From Fimicolochytrium jonesii (taxonomy: Eukaryota): a stretch of 64,000 nucleotides of DNA. Below, piece after piece: positions 1-14,010 of the stretch (position 1 is the stretch's first letter; every line of letters starts with the position of its first letter). A program made the position numbers and the translations under genes. The notes under the pieces were generated by a model. That model had not been told where the DNA came from. It ran no database searches and saw only the letters and a list, made by a program, of their open reading frames with translations. The DNA lies in contig NW_026515668.1 of assembly GCF_025526975.1 (NCBI RefSeq), positions 1,240,001 through 1,304,000 of the forward strand. Direction: 5' to 3'.

Positions 1-2047
1 ATAGCAAGATAAAAATGCGCACTCCTTGGTTTGCCTTTTGGAAGAGAAGGCGATCCAACCTCGATCCGAGATGTTCGGGGTGAACACCATCCGGCGCACG
101 CAGTAGGAAGATCTCCGGCGTCAAGAACCAATCGGCGATCAAGATCTCCTTTTCGGCGTTGAAGATGGCATCGTAGACTTGTTCAAAGTGAGAGCTGCCG
201 TCCACCAACCAGCGCACATGCTGCTCTGACTGGCCGTATCGCACGGGTGCAAAGGCGTCATAGCGACCGACGTCAGCCTGTACGTCTCTGTACCAGGTGG
301 TCATCTGGCGACGGAATTCAAGTTGAGATGCCCATTCACGTGCAACACGGGCACGTCCGCGCCCTCCAACTCTGTAGTGAAAGTCAATCAGGAGATCACG
401 GAATCCGTTGAGGATGGCCAAGTGATGTTTCTCGCGAACCCAGATTTCGTTTGTGCGTTTGTTGAAGGGTCGTAACAGCAATGCGTTGCGGACAGCATGG
501 TGCTGACGGCCTCCTGGTCGAGTGTTGACACGGTCTTCCTTTGACCCCGCCGGGTCCTCATCGTACGGCCGAAGATCCACCTCTTTTCGTTGCGTATCCT
601 TGTGAAGCACTTGGAAATAGCCATCGATGAGCATCAGTTCCTGAGGGGTAATATCCATGGGACTGTAGAAATACAGCAGGTAGTTGGACCGCAAAGCGAG
701 CCAACGTCGTTGCGATCGCCGGGGTACTAGGAAGTCCGGGAAGCAAAAGACGTCATTCTTGCGACCGCCTCTGCGCTTCCGTGCCCAGCCCTCCTTGCCC
801 TTGACGCCATTCTCCCATGTTCCGATAAGACTTGTTCGAGACAGTTCGATGAAGCCACAGACAACCATACCCCTCCGACGTTCTTCAACGGCATGCTCAT
901 CCTCTCCCAAAATGTTCCACGGTTCCTTCACTTCCTTCAAGATGCGACGAAGGAAGTTCACCAGCTCCTCTCCGTTCTTTTCTGACTTGTCAGCTCCTTT
1001 CGGGAGCGGGGTCGGGCCGGTAGGACGGTGGAAGCGGTTATCGGTATCGGCTTCTTCAGCTTTCTCATCAAACGCCTCGCGCTCCTGAGAAGTGCTCCTT
1101 TGCGGGTTGGCCTGCACCTTAAGCTGTTCTAGATGGGTAGGGCTCTTTTTGCACCTGTTCCTAAGATGCTTCTGAATTGATCGAAACCGAAAGTCAGTGT
1201 GTCGATTAGGCTCGCAGAGGAGGGCCGAGAAACGATGGAAGTCCTTGGGCCTGGCGCTCAACATCCAATGAGTTCCAGACGGTTTGTGAGTAATTTCAAA
1301 CTCGTGCGCATCTTTTCGGTGGCCAGGGATGGGCGGACCCCGGAAAGATTTCATTTTGACGTTCTGCCAATCGTACCACCTCTGCTTCAGAAACGGAACG
1401 GTCTTGAGTAGCTTCACCTCCAGATCCGCAAACATGGGCTCAGGATATCCGGTGTCACTGCCACTGACAAACATGCCCTCTGGACTCTCTCCGGACACGT
1501 CTTCGAGCGAATCCTCGGATGTTCTTCCGAGATCGTCGGTGCTCTGCATGGCCGTGCGAGCCCGTTCCCGCCAAGCCCGAAGCTTTTCGACGGTGGCCTT
1601 CCGTGACATGAACCTGAAAGGAGAATCTTCCTGGGTCGGAGTAGACTGGATTGGGGGTGTCCCCTGAGCATGGTGTTCCCCTGGACGTTGTGGAGTTGTC
1701 TGTGCAAAGGGAGCATGAGAGTTATCGGTGGCGCGCGACGGGGAGTCGGGCTCACCAGCGCCAGCGGCCGTCCGATTTTGAGCGCCCTGCTTGCTAGTGT
1801 CGAGAAAGCTCACCGGCCGGCGAGGCTGGACAGGAGGCCCTTTGCGAGCGAAAGGGTTCGGGGTCGGGCTCTGGTGAAATGTCGAGGACCGGGTTGTGAA
1901 GCGAAGAGGGTTATGGTGGTGATGTCCCGTCGTCGAGTGATCTGGAGCAGTGTCAGTGACCGACCGTCCTCTGGCTGGACTGATTGGCGGTTGCCGTGGC
2001 GGAGGGTTCTGCGGGCCATCGTGGTGCGAGTGGCGACGACGGTCCAT
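1..2047 (-). CDS. Phospholipase D (PLD1/Spo14 family), N-terminal part; runs off the left edge
   Basis: Open frame from ATG at 2047 to the window edge; absent from the ORF track because there is no stop in the window. Translates to FIELSRTSL...KGKEGWARKRRGGR and RRWLALRSNYLLYF (PH-like), then GRYDAFAPVR...RWLVDGSSHFEQVYDAIFNAEKEILIADWFLTPEIFLLR...RLDRLLFQKANQGVRIFILL, which is typical of PLD1. Confidence 0.9.
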   Translation of the reverse strand, partial: MDRRRHSHHDGPQNPPPRQPPISPARGRSVTDTAPDHSTTGHHHHNPLRFTTRSSTFHQSPTPNPFARKGPPVQPRRPVSFLDTSKQGAQNRTAAGAGEPDSPSRATDNSHAPFAQTTPQRPGEHHAQGTPPIQSTPTQEDSPFRFMSRKATVEKLRAWRERARTAMQSTDDLGRTSEDSLEDVSGESPEGMFVSGSDTGYPEPMFADLEVKLLKTVPFLKQRWYDWQNVKMKSFRGPPIPGHRKDAHEFEITHKPSGTHWMLSARPKDFHRFSALLCEPNRHTDFRFRSIQKHLRNRCKKSPTHLEQLKVQANPQRSTSQEREAFDEKAEEADTDNRFHRPTGPTPLPKGADKSEKNGEELVNFLRRILKEVKEPWNILGEDEHAVEERRRGMVVCGFIELSRTSLIGTWENGVKGKEGWARKRRGGRKNDVFCFPDFLVPRRSQRRWLALRSNYLLYFYSPMDITPQELMLIDGYFQVLHKDTQRKEVDLRPYDEDPAGSKEDRVNTRPGGRQHHAVRNALLLRPFNKRTNEIWVREKHHLAILNGFRDLLIDFHYRVGGRGRARVAREWASQLEFRRQMTTWYRDVQADVGRYDAFAPVRYGQSEQHVRWLVDGSSHFEQVYDAIFNAEKEILIADWFLTPEIFLLRAPDGVHPEHLGSRLDRLLFQKANQGVRIFILL

Positions 2048-2802
2048 GTTGAGGTGTCAGTCGGTGGGCTAGACCACTGCAGCTTATGGGCGAGAATGCA
2101 GGGAAACTTAGGCGCTGGTCTGTCTATGGCACGAAAGAGAATCCTCCGAATTCGGGCAGCTTGGCAGACAGTCTGCAAACCGCTTGGGGACTTTTCCCCA
2201 CGGCGGCCAAGGAATTGATTGCCAGCGCGTTCTCACAGTAATTGCGGAGGACGCTCTCAGGCGGCAAGGGCAGGGCATGCATGATGACGCGCCGCCCTTT
2301 TCACGGCTCCATGCGCTTTTCGACACAGACAAAAACCAACTGGAATTTGAACCAAGCCCCAAGATCCAGCTGTCCCGGTTTCTCGCCTCGCCCTTATTAT
2401 ACCAGGACACGTGCTCTCGGATGGAACATGAATGACGACGTGACTCAGGTTTGTGTCTCATGGAGAACATTCCACATTTGCGAATAAGAGAACGTGTCGA
2501 AAGCTGCTGTCACTCTCTGCTTGATGAGGTCTGGGCTTCCAGCGTTCAAGAGGAAAGGTGTACGGCATATCGAACGGCCTCAGCATGCAAGATGCGGTTA
2601 ATTACCATGGGTATTTACAAGTCGAGATGCGACAGAAGAGTGAGCAAACAGAAAAAGTGAACTATAATACATCCATCATCGTTCCGTAGCCCCGCAATCG
2701 CGGGCAAATGCACCCCACCCCTTCCATCAATGTCGTTGATCCCAAAAAGAAACAGGAGAGCAAAGACACCATGCGTGCAGACATTGCATTTGTCCTCTGA
2801 TA

Positions 2803-5186
2803 CTAGTACAAGGAGCATCTGCCTTCCGCGCGTCGTGGGTTCATCGGTGAGCCGAGAGGGCAGTTGTAGGCCCGTGCAAACTCCTCGGAGTTCTGTAAGG
2901 GACCTACTACCCTGGCTTGCCCTGGCGCATGTACGTCATTCGCCAACTATAGGTAGCAGAATTTTTCAATTTCTTGACCACTCAAGTGGCAATAGAGCCA
3001 TCGACGACTTACCGCAGACTTCAAAGCCGCATCATCCTGATTAGTGCACCACGTCTGCCCAAAGCCCAGGAAAAACAGCTGATCCTTCGTCAGGCCGCCA
3101 AACCCAGGCTCTTCCTTCTTGCTCAGCTCGTCCTCCGACACTCCTAATGCTTTCGACTCGGCAGTGCGCCACGCCTTGTACGCAACCGCTAGCCCGCCAT
3201 TATCAGCAATGTTCTCGCCCACCGTCTGGGCGCCGTCAACAGGTCGCGATGAGCCGTCCGATAACGTGACGGTGTAATTTCCGTACTGCTCCCTGAAGCA
3301 GGTTGCGCCGTCGGTCAAGGCCGCGAGGGATTTTTTGGTCCACCAGTCTTGGTGTTCGCCATCTTTATTGTACAGCCAGCCAACCGCCCCGTAGCCGTGC
3401 GTGATCTCGTGCCCAATGACCATTCCCAGGCTTCCGTAGTTCAGCGACTGCGGGTTTCTAGCCGAATAGAGCGGTCGCTGCAAGAAGGCCGGGTTGATCT
3501 GGATCTGCACAGAGTCCAGCAGCGCGAACGCGTTGAATTCCCACGCGTAGCCTTGAAACAATTGCGAACGATCAACAGCTTTGCCCACTTGCTTGATCGA
3601 GGGGGCAAAGTAGGCGAAGGTCTGCGCTTGGACGGCGTTCTCAAAGTATCGACCTCTCTCGATCCGCAATGGCGCGTAGTACTGCTCTACAAGGTTGGCG
3701 TCCATCAACCAATCGGGGTATCCCACAACCGAGACGGTGTTTTGAAGTTTTTCGCGTGCGTGCTGTTTCGTCTTGTCGTCCATCCAGCTCAACTCGCCCA
3801 GCTTCGTTCCAAAGCTGTTCAGAAGCCTGTCCACCATTACCTTTGCGGCGGCCTTTTGCGTGTCTGCAGGTGTAGGGAAAGCGGTTAAGTACACGGATCC
3901 GCAAGTCGGAAACACAGCACCGTCGAACTAACCATTGAGCGCATATTTCGCAAACATATGCGCAGACAAGTAGTTCAACTGAACCCCAGTCTCTCGAACG
4001 CACTCCGTTTGATGACCAGCCCGCAACAAGTGGCGCTCATCGACGTAATCCGCGTACGAGATCATCCCTCTGATCTCTTTGGCCCAAATGTTGAAGTACT
4101 CGGGCGCCAACTTGTTGAAATGTGCGGCCCCCAACTTCCAGAGCAGGTAGTATTGGAAATCTCTTGGGTTGTAGTCCAGGAGGGAGTTGATGGTGTCGAT
4201 CCAGATGTCTGTTTCGCCATAGAAGTAGATCTGATTGACCCCAGTCATGTTCATTGCATTGATGTAGATCGACCAGTCCTGGTTGGTCCGACGGCTGAGA
4301 TCCTCTACCGATAGGAATTGGGCCTTCTTGAGGCCGTCCCCCTCGACCTGACCAGCATCCAGCGCTTCGATGAACTTTTTCGCCTCTGTTTCGATGGCTA
4401 CGATCCACTCTACGATATCATTCAAATTCGCGTCGGGCGGGAGTTGCAAGACACTATTGTCGATGAAAGCGGCCAGGACTTTCTTTACCGTGTGCGGGGC
4501 AACCTGATGTGCAGGGGCGGGATTGAACTGGAGGGCCAAGTCTTTTGCCGCGTGTCCTGTGACTTTCGCATAGCTGGTGACAAACAGCGCATACACGCCT
4601 GTCTGATGCAGACGACTGAACAGTTGAGGCAGGGATCTGCTGTTCACGGCATAATCCAGGAGATCCTGGGCGTATGGAATGATGGGCGCAAATCCGCGCT
4701 CTTTGATGGTGTTGGAGTCGACACATGACGAGTAGTATGTTCTGGCTTTCTCAAACAATGCACTATCCGGTGCTGGCTTTGTGATGCCTTTTTTCTTCCC
4801 GGAGAGTGCTCGCTCCATCAGAAGCTGTAAAGAGACGGGTTATGAGAAAGTCGCCCACAGAAGCTTGCGAAGCAATACCCAAAGCTTACCGCACTACTCT
4901 TGCCCATCATAGAGAACACCGTAGCGTTCGGTATGCTCTGATACCGCTGCTGAAAGCCCCCGCACGCATGGCGGTAAAAGTCTTGACAAGGATCGACGCT
5001 GCTATCACGCCATGTATCTATCCTTTCGTAGCCTAGGACGTGTGGGAAGCCGTCGGGAGTGATGCGTTGCTGGTTTTCCTCATCACGCCGCCCAACGTCG
5101 GGTTCGCTCCCTCTCGCCGTCGGGACGCCGATCGCCGTCAGTGCGACAGCAGTAGTAGCTAGGAACAAGTTTAATGCGGAGACCAT
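2803..5186 (-). CDS. Secreted M13 family (neprilysin/ECE-like) zinc metallopeptidase, about 4 exons
   Basis: Signal-peptide-like N-terminus, VDPCQDFYRHACGG, GHEITHG (HExxH), GENIADNGG, and C-terminal DVHAPGQARVVGPLQNSEEFARAYNCPLGSPMNP...CSLY*. GT-AG introns near 4826-4889, 3866-3931 and 2948-3011 (approximate). Confidence 0.93.
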
Positions 5187-5878
5187 ACTTGGTTTTCTTC
5201 GTGAGGATAGCTCGGCCTTTAAACTTGGTTTCTATGAGACAGACAGGCTAGATCCTTTACAAAATCTACACACCAAGTTTGGCTGGGAACAACGAGAGCT
5301 ATATGCACAGGCTACTACTATATACAAATGAATATGGGTATCCAGCACTTGCGAACGCAGAGCATGGTGCCTTGGGTGAGAGCCAACTGCCGAGGAGGCT
5401 GCGTGGAGTGTGTTGGAAAAACCAGCCGCCAATCGGGGTTTGGGTTCCTCTCCCGGAGGCTTCACCTCCCGCCGTGCAAGCAAGCAAGCCTCGAGCGCCT
5501 TCCCGTTTTTGACTCTGACTCTGCCGTTTCGCCGTTTGCCTCCGATCCCATCCATGCATGCGATGTCCCAAATAAGCGTGTGCAAGTAACGGCTTAGCCA
5601 ATGTGGACCGCAGATTAGCCAAAGCAGACCGCAAGTGTGGCGGTGGTGCCTTCCAAACAATTCACAGCGGTCACGTGCGCAGTTTAAATGGAAGGCAAAC
5701 GCGTACGAAAGTCAAACGTCAGCTGAATCCAAGCGGGCCCTCTCTCAATCCCGCTCCCTTGCCTAAATACAGCAAATCACACGGCCCCACCGAAAACGAC
5801 ATATAAAGAGCAGGCTGCAAGACCTCGGAACACTCAAGCAAGCAAGCTCCAGGGTTCTTCTCAGCGACAAACGAAAAC

Positions 5879-6971
5879 ATGAAGATAGACGGCAAAGTCG
5901 CAATCGTCACCGGGGCGTCGTCAGGTTTCGGCAGGGCGCTAGGTAGGTTATACCATAGATCACCTGGGGATGATGTCCGCGTGATGGCGGCAAACTGCGT
6001 TTACATATACGTGACCTCCCGCTGACCGTCCTTCTTCTTTACAGCATGGAGATTAGCGGGGAAAGGGTTTGTGTCACATTGAACGGTATCGGGAAAAACG
6101 ATGTCCTCAGGAATTGACACTCGAAAACACTAGAGCGAAAGTCGTTTTGGGCGACATATCAGACGCCGCTGGTACAGCGCTAGAGAAGGAGATCAACGCC
6201 AAGTATGTGATCGCCAATCTCAAATTGGCGATTTGCGCATGTAAGGATTCATTGTTAACGATCATCCCGCACCGATAGATATCCCGGACAAGCCATCTTC
6301 CGCGTCTGCGACGTAACAAGCAAAGCCGACCAGCAGAGACTCTTCGAAGCCGCTAAAACCAAATGGGGCTCCATCGACATTGTCGTCAACAACGCCGGAA
6401 TAGGGGAAAGCAAGCAATTCGACAAGGACGAAGAGGACATATGGGTCAAAGTCCTCCGCATCGATTTGGAGGCCGTCATCATCGGTACCCGTCTCGCGCT
6501 CACCGAGATGATTGCGGCGGGCAAAGGCGGCGTCATTGTCAACACGGCGTCTCTGGCGGGACTGTACCCGCAATGGAACCAGCCGGTGTATGCCGCCGCG
6601 AAGGGCGGGGTGGTGCATTTCACGCGGTCGGTTGGGGAGTTTGCGAAACGCCATGGGATTCATATCAATGCTATCTGCCCGGGTTTCTCGCCTACTGGCA
6701 TTCTGGTATCTGCCGAGAAGGTGTGCGCAAGTGATGCGAGATTGAACCACTCAGCGCGAGATCAGTCTCCTAACGTACCCCATCATCAACTCCATAGACA
6801 CTCGGCCCACTATTCATGAAAGCAACTCAAGACCGCGTCCCGGTGGAGCAGGTCATCGACGCATTCATAATGTCCATTGAGGATGACACCCTCTACGGTC
6901 AGAGCATTCGGATCACAAAGCAACTGGGCATTGACCTGTACAAGTGGAGATCTGCCAAATCCAGTCTGTAG
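5879..6971 (+). CDS. Short-chain dehydrogenase/reductase (15-hydroxyprostaglandin dehydrogenase-like), multi-exon
   Basis: MKIDGKVAIVTGASSGFGRAL (TGxxxGxG), IDIVVNNAGI, NTASLAG, YAAAK (YxxxK), INAICPG; last exon ends ...KWRSAKSSL*. Confidence 0.9.
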
Positions 6972-7220
6972 GGGGAACAAGTTTAGCTTGTCTTTCCATA
7001 ACGATGATTAGATCCAGCGGCGCTCAAACAGCTCCGTCTGCGACCAACAATAGCCGGATCATTGTAGGTACATAGGGCCTTTGGGTATGGAAATAGGGAT
7101 GCTCTTGGATATGCATTAGGTCTATGTGTGAGAGAGTCTATGTACTGTAAGGAGTAATGTAGATAAATGCTACTTGACTACGAAACGCATGTGTGCTATC
7201 TGTGTGTGCGCCAGAAGTAG

Positions 7221-10200
7221 CTACCGCCGTGCTCTTTTTTGATCGCTCGATGATGAAGATTGTGGTGTGTTCTTGCGCTAGATATTGGAGTTGAGAGTTA
7301 GCCTTAGTCAAAAGATGATGCGCTGTCACCACTTTTGAGCATACCTTGCGACCAGCCTTCCCGGTATCCGACCCCTGCTCATCACTCCGCTCCCTCTTCC
7401 GCTCAGTCTTCCGCTCTCCATCATTCGCCCCGTCCCCTTGCGGAGCCTCCACCCGCGGCAACATATTCCCCGGCCTCCCTCTAACCTCGTCTCTTAACCG
7501 CGACAGCCGCTCCGTCCAGGACTTAATCATCCGCCGCCCCGCTGCGTCCTCGATCAAATCGCGCCAGGCTCGGTTTCGTTTCAGTGTTTCCAGGTTGCCC
7601 AGGATTATCAGAGAGTATTTGGCTCGACTTAGTGCAACGTTCATACGGCGGATGTCGCTGGTGAAACCGACGCTACCGTTTGCTCGTACGCAGGAGAGGA
7701 TGATGATTTCTTTTTCCTGGCCTTGGAATCTAAAATGATGGTGTCAATATCTGCACAAAAAGCGACTGGATTCCCTGCCGTTCCTCAAGTTCTTCAGCTT
7801 ACCCGTCCACGGTATTGACATCGATATTCTGCATCATCTCGCGGGTCCAGCCCTTCCTAATAAAGGTGTTCTTGATCTCCCTGACTTGTTTCTTATAAAA
7901 CGTGATAATGCCTATCTTCCCCGCAAAATTGTAGTCCGGGAACCTCGAACACAGCACCTCCACCAAATCCACAGCCAACCGCGCTTCGTCCAGGTTGAAG
8001 TACGAATGACCTCTTCCAGTCTGCTCGCGTCCGTTGTACATGTCGATGAGCTGGTAGGGTGCAAACATCGAGTCCTTGTGCCACGGCGCGGTGCACAATT
8101 CCGACATATTGGGCGCGTCTCGCAGCCGTCCCTTGTAGAATCCTTTACTGACGTAGGAAGATATACTGGGATGCATGCGGTACGAAATACTCAAGAGATG
8201 CGTACCGTCGGGGTCATTGTTCATGAGCCGCTGGAACAGGGATTGCTCGTACGAGTATGACTGACCGACTTGCGAAAGCACTGTCGGCGGCAGTTGCTGG
8301 GGATCTCCGACGAGAATGCACTGCTTTGCGCCGTACCGCAATGGGATCAGGGTGCTAAGTTCCACAGACTGCGCCGCTTCGTCCACAATCACAATGGGAA
8401 AGGTGAGCTCATGCAAATCCCCAAGGACATCGGATCCGGCTCCGCTCAGCGTTGACAAGATCACGTCGGCCTCCATCAGGACTTTGAGTTTCTGCTGGCG
8501 ACGGTACTTGTCTCGCGCTTGAGATGCAGCAGTCTTTTCCTGTCGTTCACGCTGCAACTGTTCATGCAACGCAGCGAGCTTCTTCGTAATGGTCGAGATC
8601 TTTGCATCGACTTTACTCGCCTCCTCTGCTTCGATTTCGTTATCGTCCTCGCGAGCACGAAGGCGTTCACGTTCGTCCTTCAATGAGGTGATGGCTGAAC
8701 GAATGTCCGCCATTCTGTCATCTTCCTGAAAGTTGCCAGTTGTCGCCAGGATGCCCTCCAAGATCGCCTCGAGGGTAACGTCGCGAACAGAGGTATGAAT
8801 GGATTCAGTTGTTCCAATGCGAACGACCCTCGGCACAAACGTGCCGCCTCTCGGATGCGGGATCCCTTCCTTCAATCGGCGCACAATCTCGTCAATTGCC
8901 GCGTTACTCGGAGCGCAACATAGCAGTCGATGCTTGCTGTTAGGCGTCACAGCCTGGCCAGGCACCTTGACAACGTTCTCTCGTGTCAGCAAAGCGCTAA
9001 TCAAGCCAACAATAGTTTTCGTCTTTCCCGTTCCCGGTGGGCCTTGGATAAGGGTGAACCCCGTTGACTGAGCGACAGCCCCCGAGATCGCCGCAGCCTG
9101 AGGCTCGTTCAGGTTATACCGTGTCATCATGAGGCGTACGTCGTCCGGTCTTGGATGGAACTTCCGAATCTTGCCAGGCCGCAAGACATCCTTGAGTAAG
9201 CACAGCGATGGTAAAGCGCACAGGGTCCCGTACTCCCGGATGGATGTTGTCATGGAGAAAGTTGAAAGGAGGGAAAACTTGGCGCCGGCTCGTAACCGAG
9301 GGGCAAGAGCCGCATTCACGCTCATATAGACCCTGGCTATCACAATGCCCTCATCGGCTTTGAATGACACGTTTGTGATTTTCGCCAGGAAAGATTTCCC
9401 GCTAGTACTCTCATGTCCCTGGCGCGGAACCTCCACGTCCGTCACGTTCAGGACGTCGTGTTCGGAATACCCTCGTAACCGCATTTGCTTCCCTGGGGCA
9501 GTGAAGGTGAGATCGTGGAAAACATCCACCGTCTGCACATTTGTCAACTTGAACGTGAGAGCGTCTCCTCGGTCAACCTCGTACTTGCTCTTCTGCATTT
9601 GCTCCCAGCATTCAAGCACTAATAATGGCTCGAAAACAGAGACATACTCTTGCTCGCCGCCTTGAAACGTGTTCGGAATGTTCTTGAGGTCGAAAGGGAA
9701 GTCTGGCGGCTTTTCGCCTTCCATGTCATAGTTCCATTGTAGAACAATCTTGTTTAGCGTCGAGAGTTGCCGAAGGGCCTGTGGACGATTATCTCCTGGC
9801 GTGCGAATAGGAATCCCGCGGGAGACCGGTTTTGCTGCGACGCCTTGTCGATTGATCATCTGTGTAGTTGACTTCGGCCGAGACGCGGATGTGCCGAAAC
9901 TGTCTGGATCGCGAGCAATGATCGTGACCTCGGGCATATTCCGCTGATAGGGCAGATTAAGAGGGCGGTTCGGCGGAGGTACAACAACACCCGAGGGAGG
10001 AGTTCCCTCTTTCTTCGACTTGCGGGCAGACGGCGCCTTATCCTCTTTCATTTCTTCCCGTAGCTGCTGCAGTTTCGAAAGCTTCTTGGGCTCCGCAGGC
10101 TGTAATGGTTTCCTACCGAAAGCATATCCTTGTCCTCTTGATGCCGTGGGTGTTGGTTTTGCCGCAATGTCTCCGGCAAGCTTCTCCCAAGCGGATCGTA

Positions 10201-12582
10201 CGTCTTCATCGCGCGAGACAAACGTGTCTAGCGAGCTCTGGCCATTCCGTCGTTTGTCTACATTCCGCTCCGGGGGCTTCGGCGTGAAGCGCGCGGCATT
10301 CGGGACAGTCTTGAACGAGCTATCAACTGCTTGCGATGGGGCGCCGGAACTAGGTACTGGTATGTCTTCCACCGTAATCACTGACGTCGACTTTTCGACC
10401 GTGATCTGCCCCGCGCGAGGACTTTCGAAGTTGAGCGCCTGTTGACGTGGCGCCTTGGACGCGCTACGTACGATGACATCAACATCATCCGGTCCATCGG
10501 ATGTCAAATCCACCACTGACGGCACCGGGGTTTTCGATTTGGCAGCCTCGGAAGCGCGAGCAATTCGCAAAGCTTCAGACTCGGTGAGGGGTAATCGGGA
10601 CTTTAACGACTCTATTTGACTTGATGAGAGGGCTCCTTGATCTTCGTCTGTGAGCTTCCTGAAGACCTGTGCCACATCGGGCGGAATCGGCTGGTGCAGG
10701 TTCCGTTGAAGACTCAGGAGCTCTATGATGAGCGTAAACGCGACTTCCTGCGTTATCTCGTCTGCGCCGTACAAGCAGGTCACGAAACTTTTGGCGCTGA
10801 CTGCAAAAAAGTTTGACCGTATTTTGGGGAAATCAGTAGCTCGCGGCGGTGGTAAAATTCCCAGTGCAAGCTCCGCGGCAGCCAGAGCCCCTTTACGGAC
10901 TTTCTGAATTGTCAAGGCTCCCACACCATTTCTCGCCCAGGAGTTGGTGTTGTGAGCTGTACAGTGAATAACAGTGAAGACTGTTTGCCAGAGCTCCCAG
11001 TCCACGGACCCCAAGTCTACCATCTCGCACAAGATGCGGGACAAATAGCTCATCGCTTCCTCCACAAATGCACTGTTGCTAGCATTCTCTCCACCCATGG
11101 CTGCTGTTAGAATAAGTAGATCCAGTAGCTGTTTCACCGTCTGTGCGTCGAGCGGTCCTCCTATTGTGAGAAGGGAGTTCATGGCATTGCATGCGGTCTT
11201 CGACGATACCACGGAACTCTTGCGCAGGAAATGTTTCCGGAGAATGTCGCTTACAGTCGTAAATAGTGCGGCACGGGCGGAATTTTGCCATTGCTTCGAC
11301 TCCTCCAAGACATAGGAAAGAACAAAGTCGCTATTTGAACCCGTCGCGTCGCCAAAAGCACATGATTCGATCCAGAAGCTGAGCCACCGGAAACTAAACT
11401 CAGCCGGCCAAGACCCTCCTTTGCGGCTGCGTTGTCTGAACGATTCGTTTTCGAAGATCCCCCGGATGACCAGATTTCTCTGCTCGAGCGGTAGGGAGTT
11501 CAAAATGGTTGCAGGGCGCGCTTCAACCAGATCAGCGAACATGGTCAGCACAGGCCAGAAATCCTCCTTCGCCACCGGCAGCCGTGTTCGGACAAGTATG
11601 CCGATATCCACCCCAGCCCTCGTCTCAATAGTCCGGAGAACCTCATATTCTGATGCTGAATGCCAATCTATGGCGCTAAGAATAGCGGAGAACCCCATCC
11701 ACAAAGCAGCTTGATCATCCGTGTAATTGAAGGTCGCTGTGTGATGCTCATCCGTGTGGGGGTTCAAACGGATAAGATAATCGGTCAAAGTCGAAAGAGT
11801 AACTTCATCCGCTTCGGTTAGGTAAAGTCGGGCTTTCGCAGTCTGCAAAGAGCGCTGAGCCCATCCCCGGAGGTCAGCATTGGCATGTCCGACAACCACT
11901 AAAGCACCCGCGTCCACTGTGGAGGTATTTATTTGCAGCGGCGAGGTGTGTTTTCCTGAAATCAAGGTCAGAAGGACTTTCACCCAAAGCGCGTCCAAAG
12001 TGCGATTCTGCAGAGATTCTGGCATTGTACAAGTGGTTAGCCGAGCAATAATACGTCGAAGTACACAGAATGTCATTCACACCGCTCACCTGGAAATCTA
12101 AAAATCTCTTCGAGGACACAGAAGATCTTCTTCCGCAACTTTCTGAACTCGGGCGCCGTAATGGTGTCCGATTTCAAGTCATACTGCGTTTGGAAGGACG
12201 AGAGCGTAGCATGTTGTCGCTCAAGGTCCCAATTATGTATCCTATCGAACAGCTGCCGCAGCGTTTCTGGGGTAAACTGGGAACCCCATCGCGAGCGAAA
12301 CTGCAGCTTTGCTTGGTAGTAGTAATGTAAACAATCGAAGCAAGTGGATAACTGTCGCCCTAGCTTGTTCAGAATGCTCTTCACGGGTTCTTCGATGAAA
12401 TTCTTCGGGGAGAAGTAGCCCAGAAGTTCCACATGGATATCCGGGGTTTCAGGATGATGTAAAATACACTCGCTTTCCGGGGTCTTGGCAAAGAAGTTTA
12501 TGGCTTCTCGAAGGAATGCGTCCCGGGCATCACGATCTACATTTGAAACGATGATATGAGCATGAGCATGGAAATTGGGCAT
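7221..12582 (-). CDS. SEN1: Sen1/senataxin SF1B RNA/DNA helicase, about 4 exons
   Basis: N-terminal Sen1-like region (LSTCFDCLHYYY), IQGPPGTGKT, CAPSNAAIDE, IVDEAAQ, LVGDPQQLPPT, YRMHP, NTVDG|FQGQEKE, RRMNVALSRAK. Last small exon ends ...QKRARR* at 7221. Confidence 0.93.
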
Positions 12583-13389
12583 GAGTTCTTTGCGCGACGG
12601 CGCCGGCGCAGGAGAGAAGGCCTTGGGACATACCGTTGGAATTATTGAGGTGACGGCGATGGGCTTCCAGTACCAGTTCAGCACTCATCGCCAAAGGAAC
12701 TTTAAGACCGTGTTATTGCTCCAGTCGCCGCAAAGGCGCCAGGCGTCGTGAAAGTACTGTACCCCGTTTACACGAGGTTCAATAGTCCAATAGGTAGTGT
12801 CCAGCAAAAGCTCAACTGAACTGGGTGCTTCGTTACCGCCGACCTATAGAACCCCGAGCGAAATGACGGATATGAGCTGTACAAGTCGGAGCTTGGAAGT
12901 AGCACTTCTCGCGGTGGCAGCTGAGAAGAAGAGCGGGTAATTTGGGACGGACGAGCATTGTCGTCCACTGGGAGGTGGGAAAATAGTGAGGGTGGAGCCA
13001 ACCTTCAACTTGTCCGGAAGACGACGCGCTCGAATTCAACCGCGACTGACAGGGCACTCAGGGAGCTTAGAGAGCTCGAAGTGACAGCACTGCTTGCGCT
13101 TTCCTCTCTTTCCTTGCCCGACTGACGTCGATTCCCGACCTTGTGCCTCAAAGCTCAGCATCTAGGCGCCATAGATGGCTTGAACCGTGCAATGAAGGTA
13201 TTCACGGGCTGTACAAGGAGTGTTGAAAGGCTTTTCACACCTCGACGGGCACCAGCACTGCTCTATGCACGAATGCGGCCCTGCCCTTTTTCGCTCACGA
13301 AAAGAAACCTACCCTCCTCCCTGGTTTATCTTCTGCTTGTTCCTTTTATTTTGTGCATTAATGACATCCGATTTCACTCCACTCCTCGG

Positions 13390-14008
13390 TCATTGGGGGT
13401 CTAGGTTCACGGGAGAAACTTCAAGAAGTAGTGCTAACACATTGGTCTCCACTGTTGCGACTATCGATGCGCTTAGCTTGTCAAAACAATTGACCTGTCT
13501 CAGGCTTGCATCCTCCACCGCATAAGTGACTCGCAAAACATCCCGCACGTCTTTAGGACCTCCTGAGAGATATTTTTCGATGATACCCTTCGCAGCTGTT
13601 TCCAACCGATCCTGCGCCAGATCCTCGTCGTCATCACACCTGGCAGAGTATCGGCAGCGCCTTATCAGATCCTGGCGATCCATCTTTGAGAGCAGTTTGG
13701 ATGCACGCACGCACCTGACGGACGCTCGGTAAACGACTGCTCGCTTCACTATCTCATCATAGCATTCGATCAATTCTATCGCCTTAAACTTCCTCGCTCC
13801 CTCATCCGTACGCGCCCACGCCTTGAACTTCTTTTTCGATTCGTTGTCCGCATCTAAGGCAAGCAGTTTGGCAGGCTTGTTTGCACGAAAATCAGGAAGT
13901 GGGTGCGATGTCGATTGCGATGTTGCTTGCTCTGGGGCCACTTTCTTCGCTGCCTCGGAAGCTCCAACACCACCTTTGCCTCGATTTTTGCTCCCTTTGG
14001 CCCCCATG
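13390..14008 (-). CDS. Hypothetical protein (MGAKGSK...); 3' structure uncertain
   Basis: About 205-codon ORF with protein-like composition and an MG start; no recognisable domain. Confidence 0.45.
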
Positions 14009-14010
14009 AT

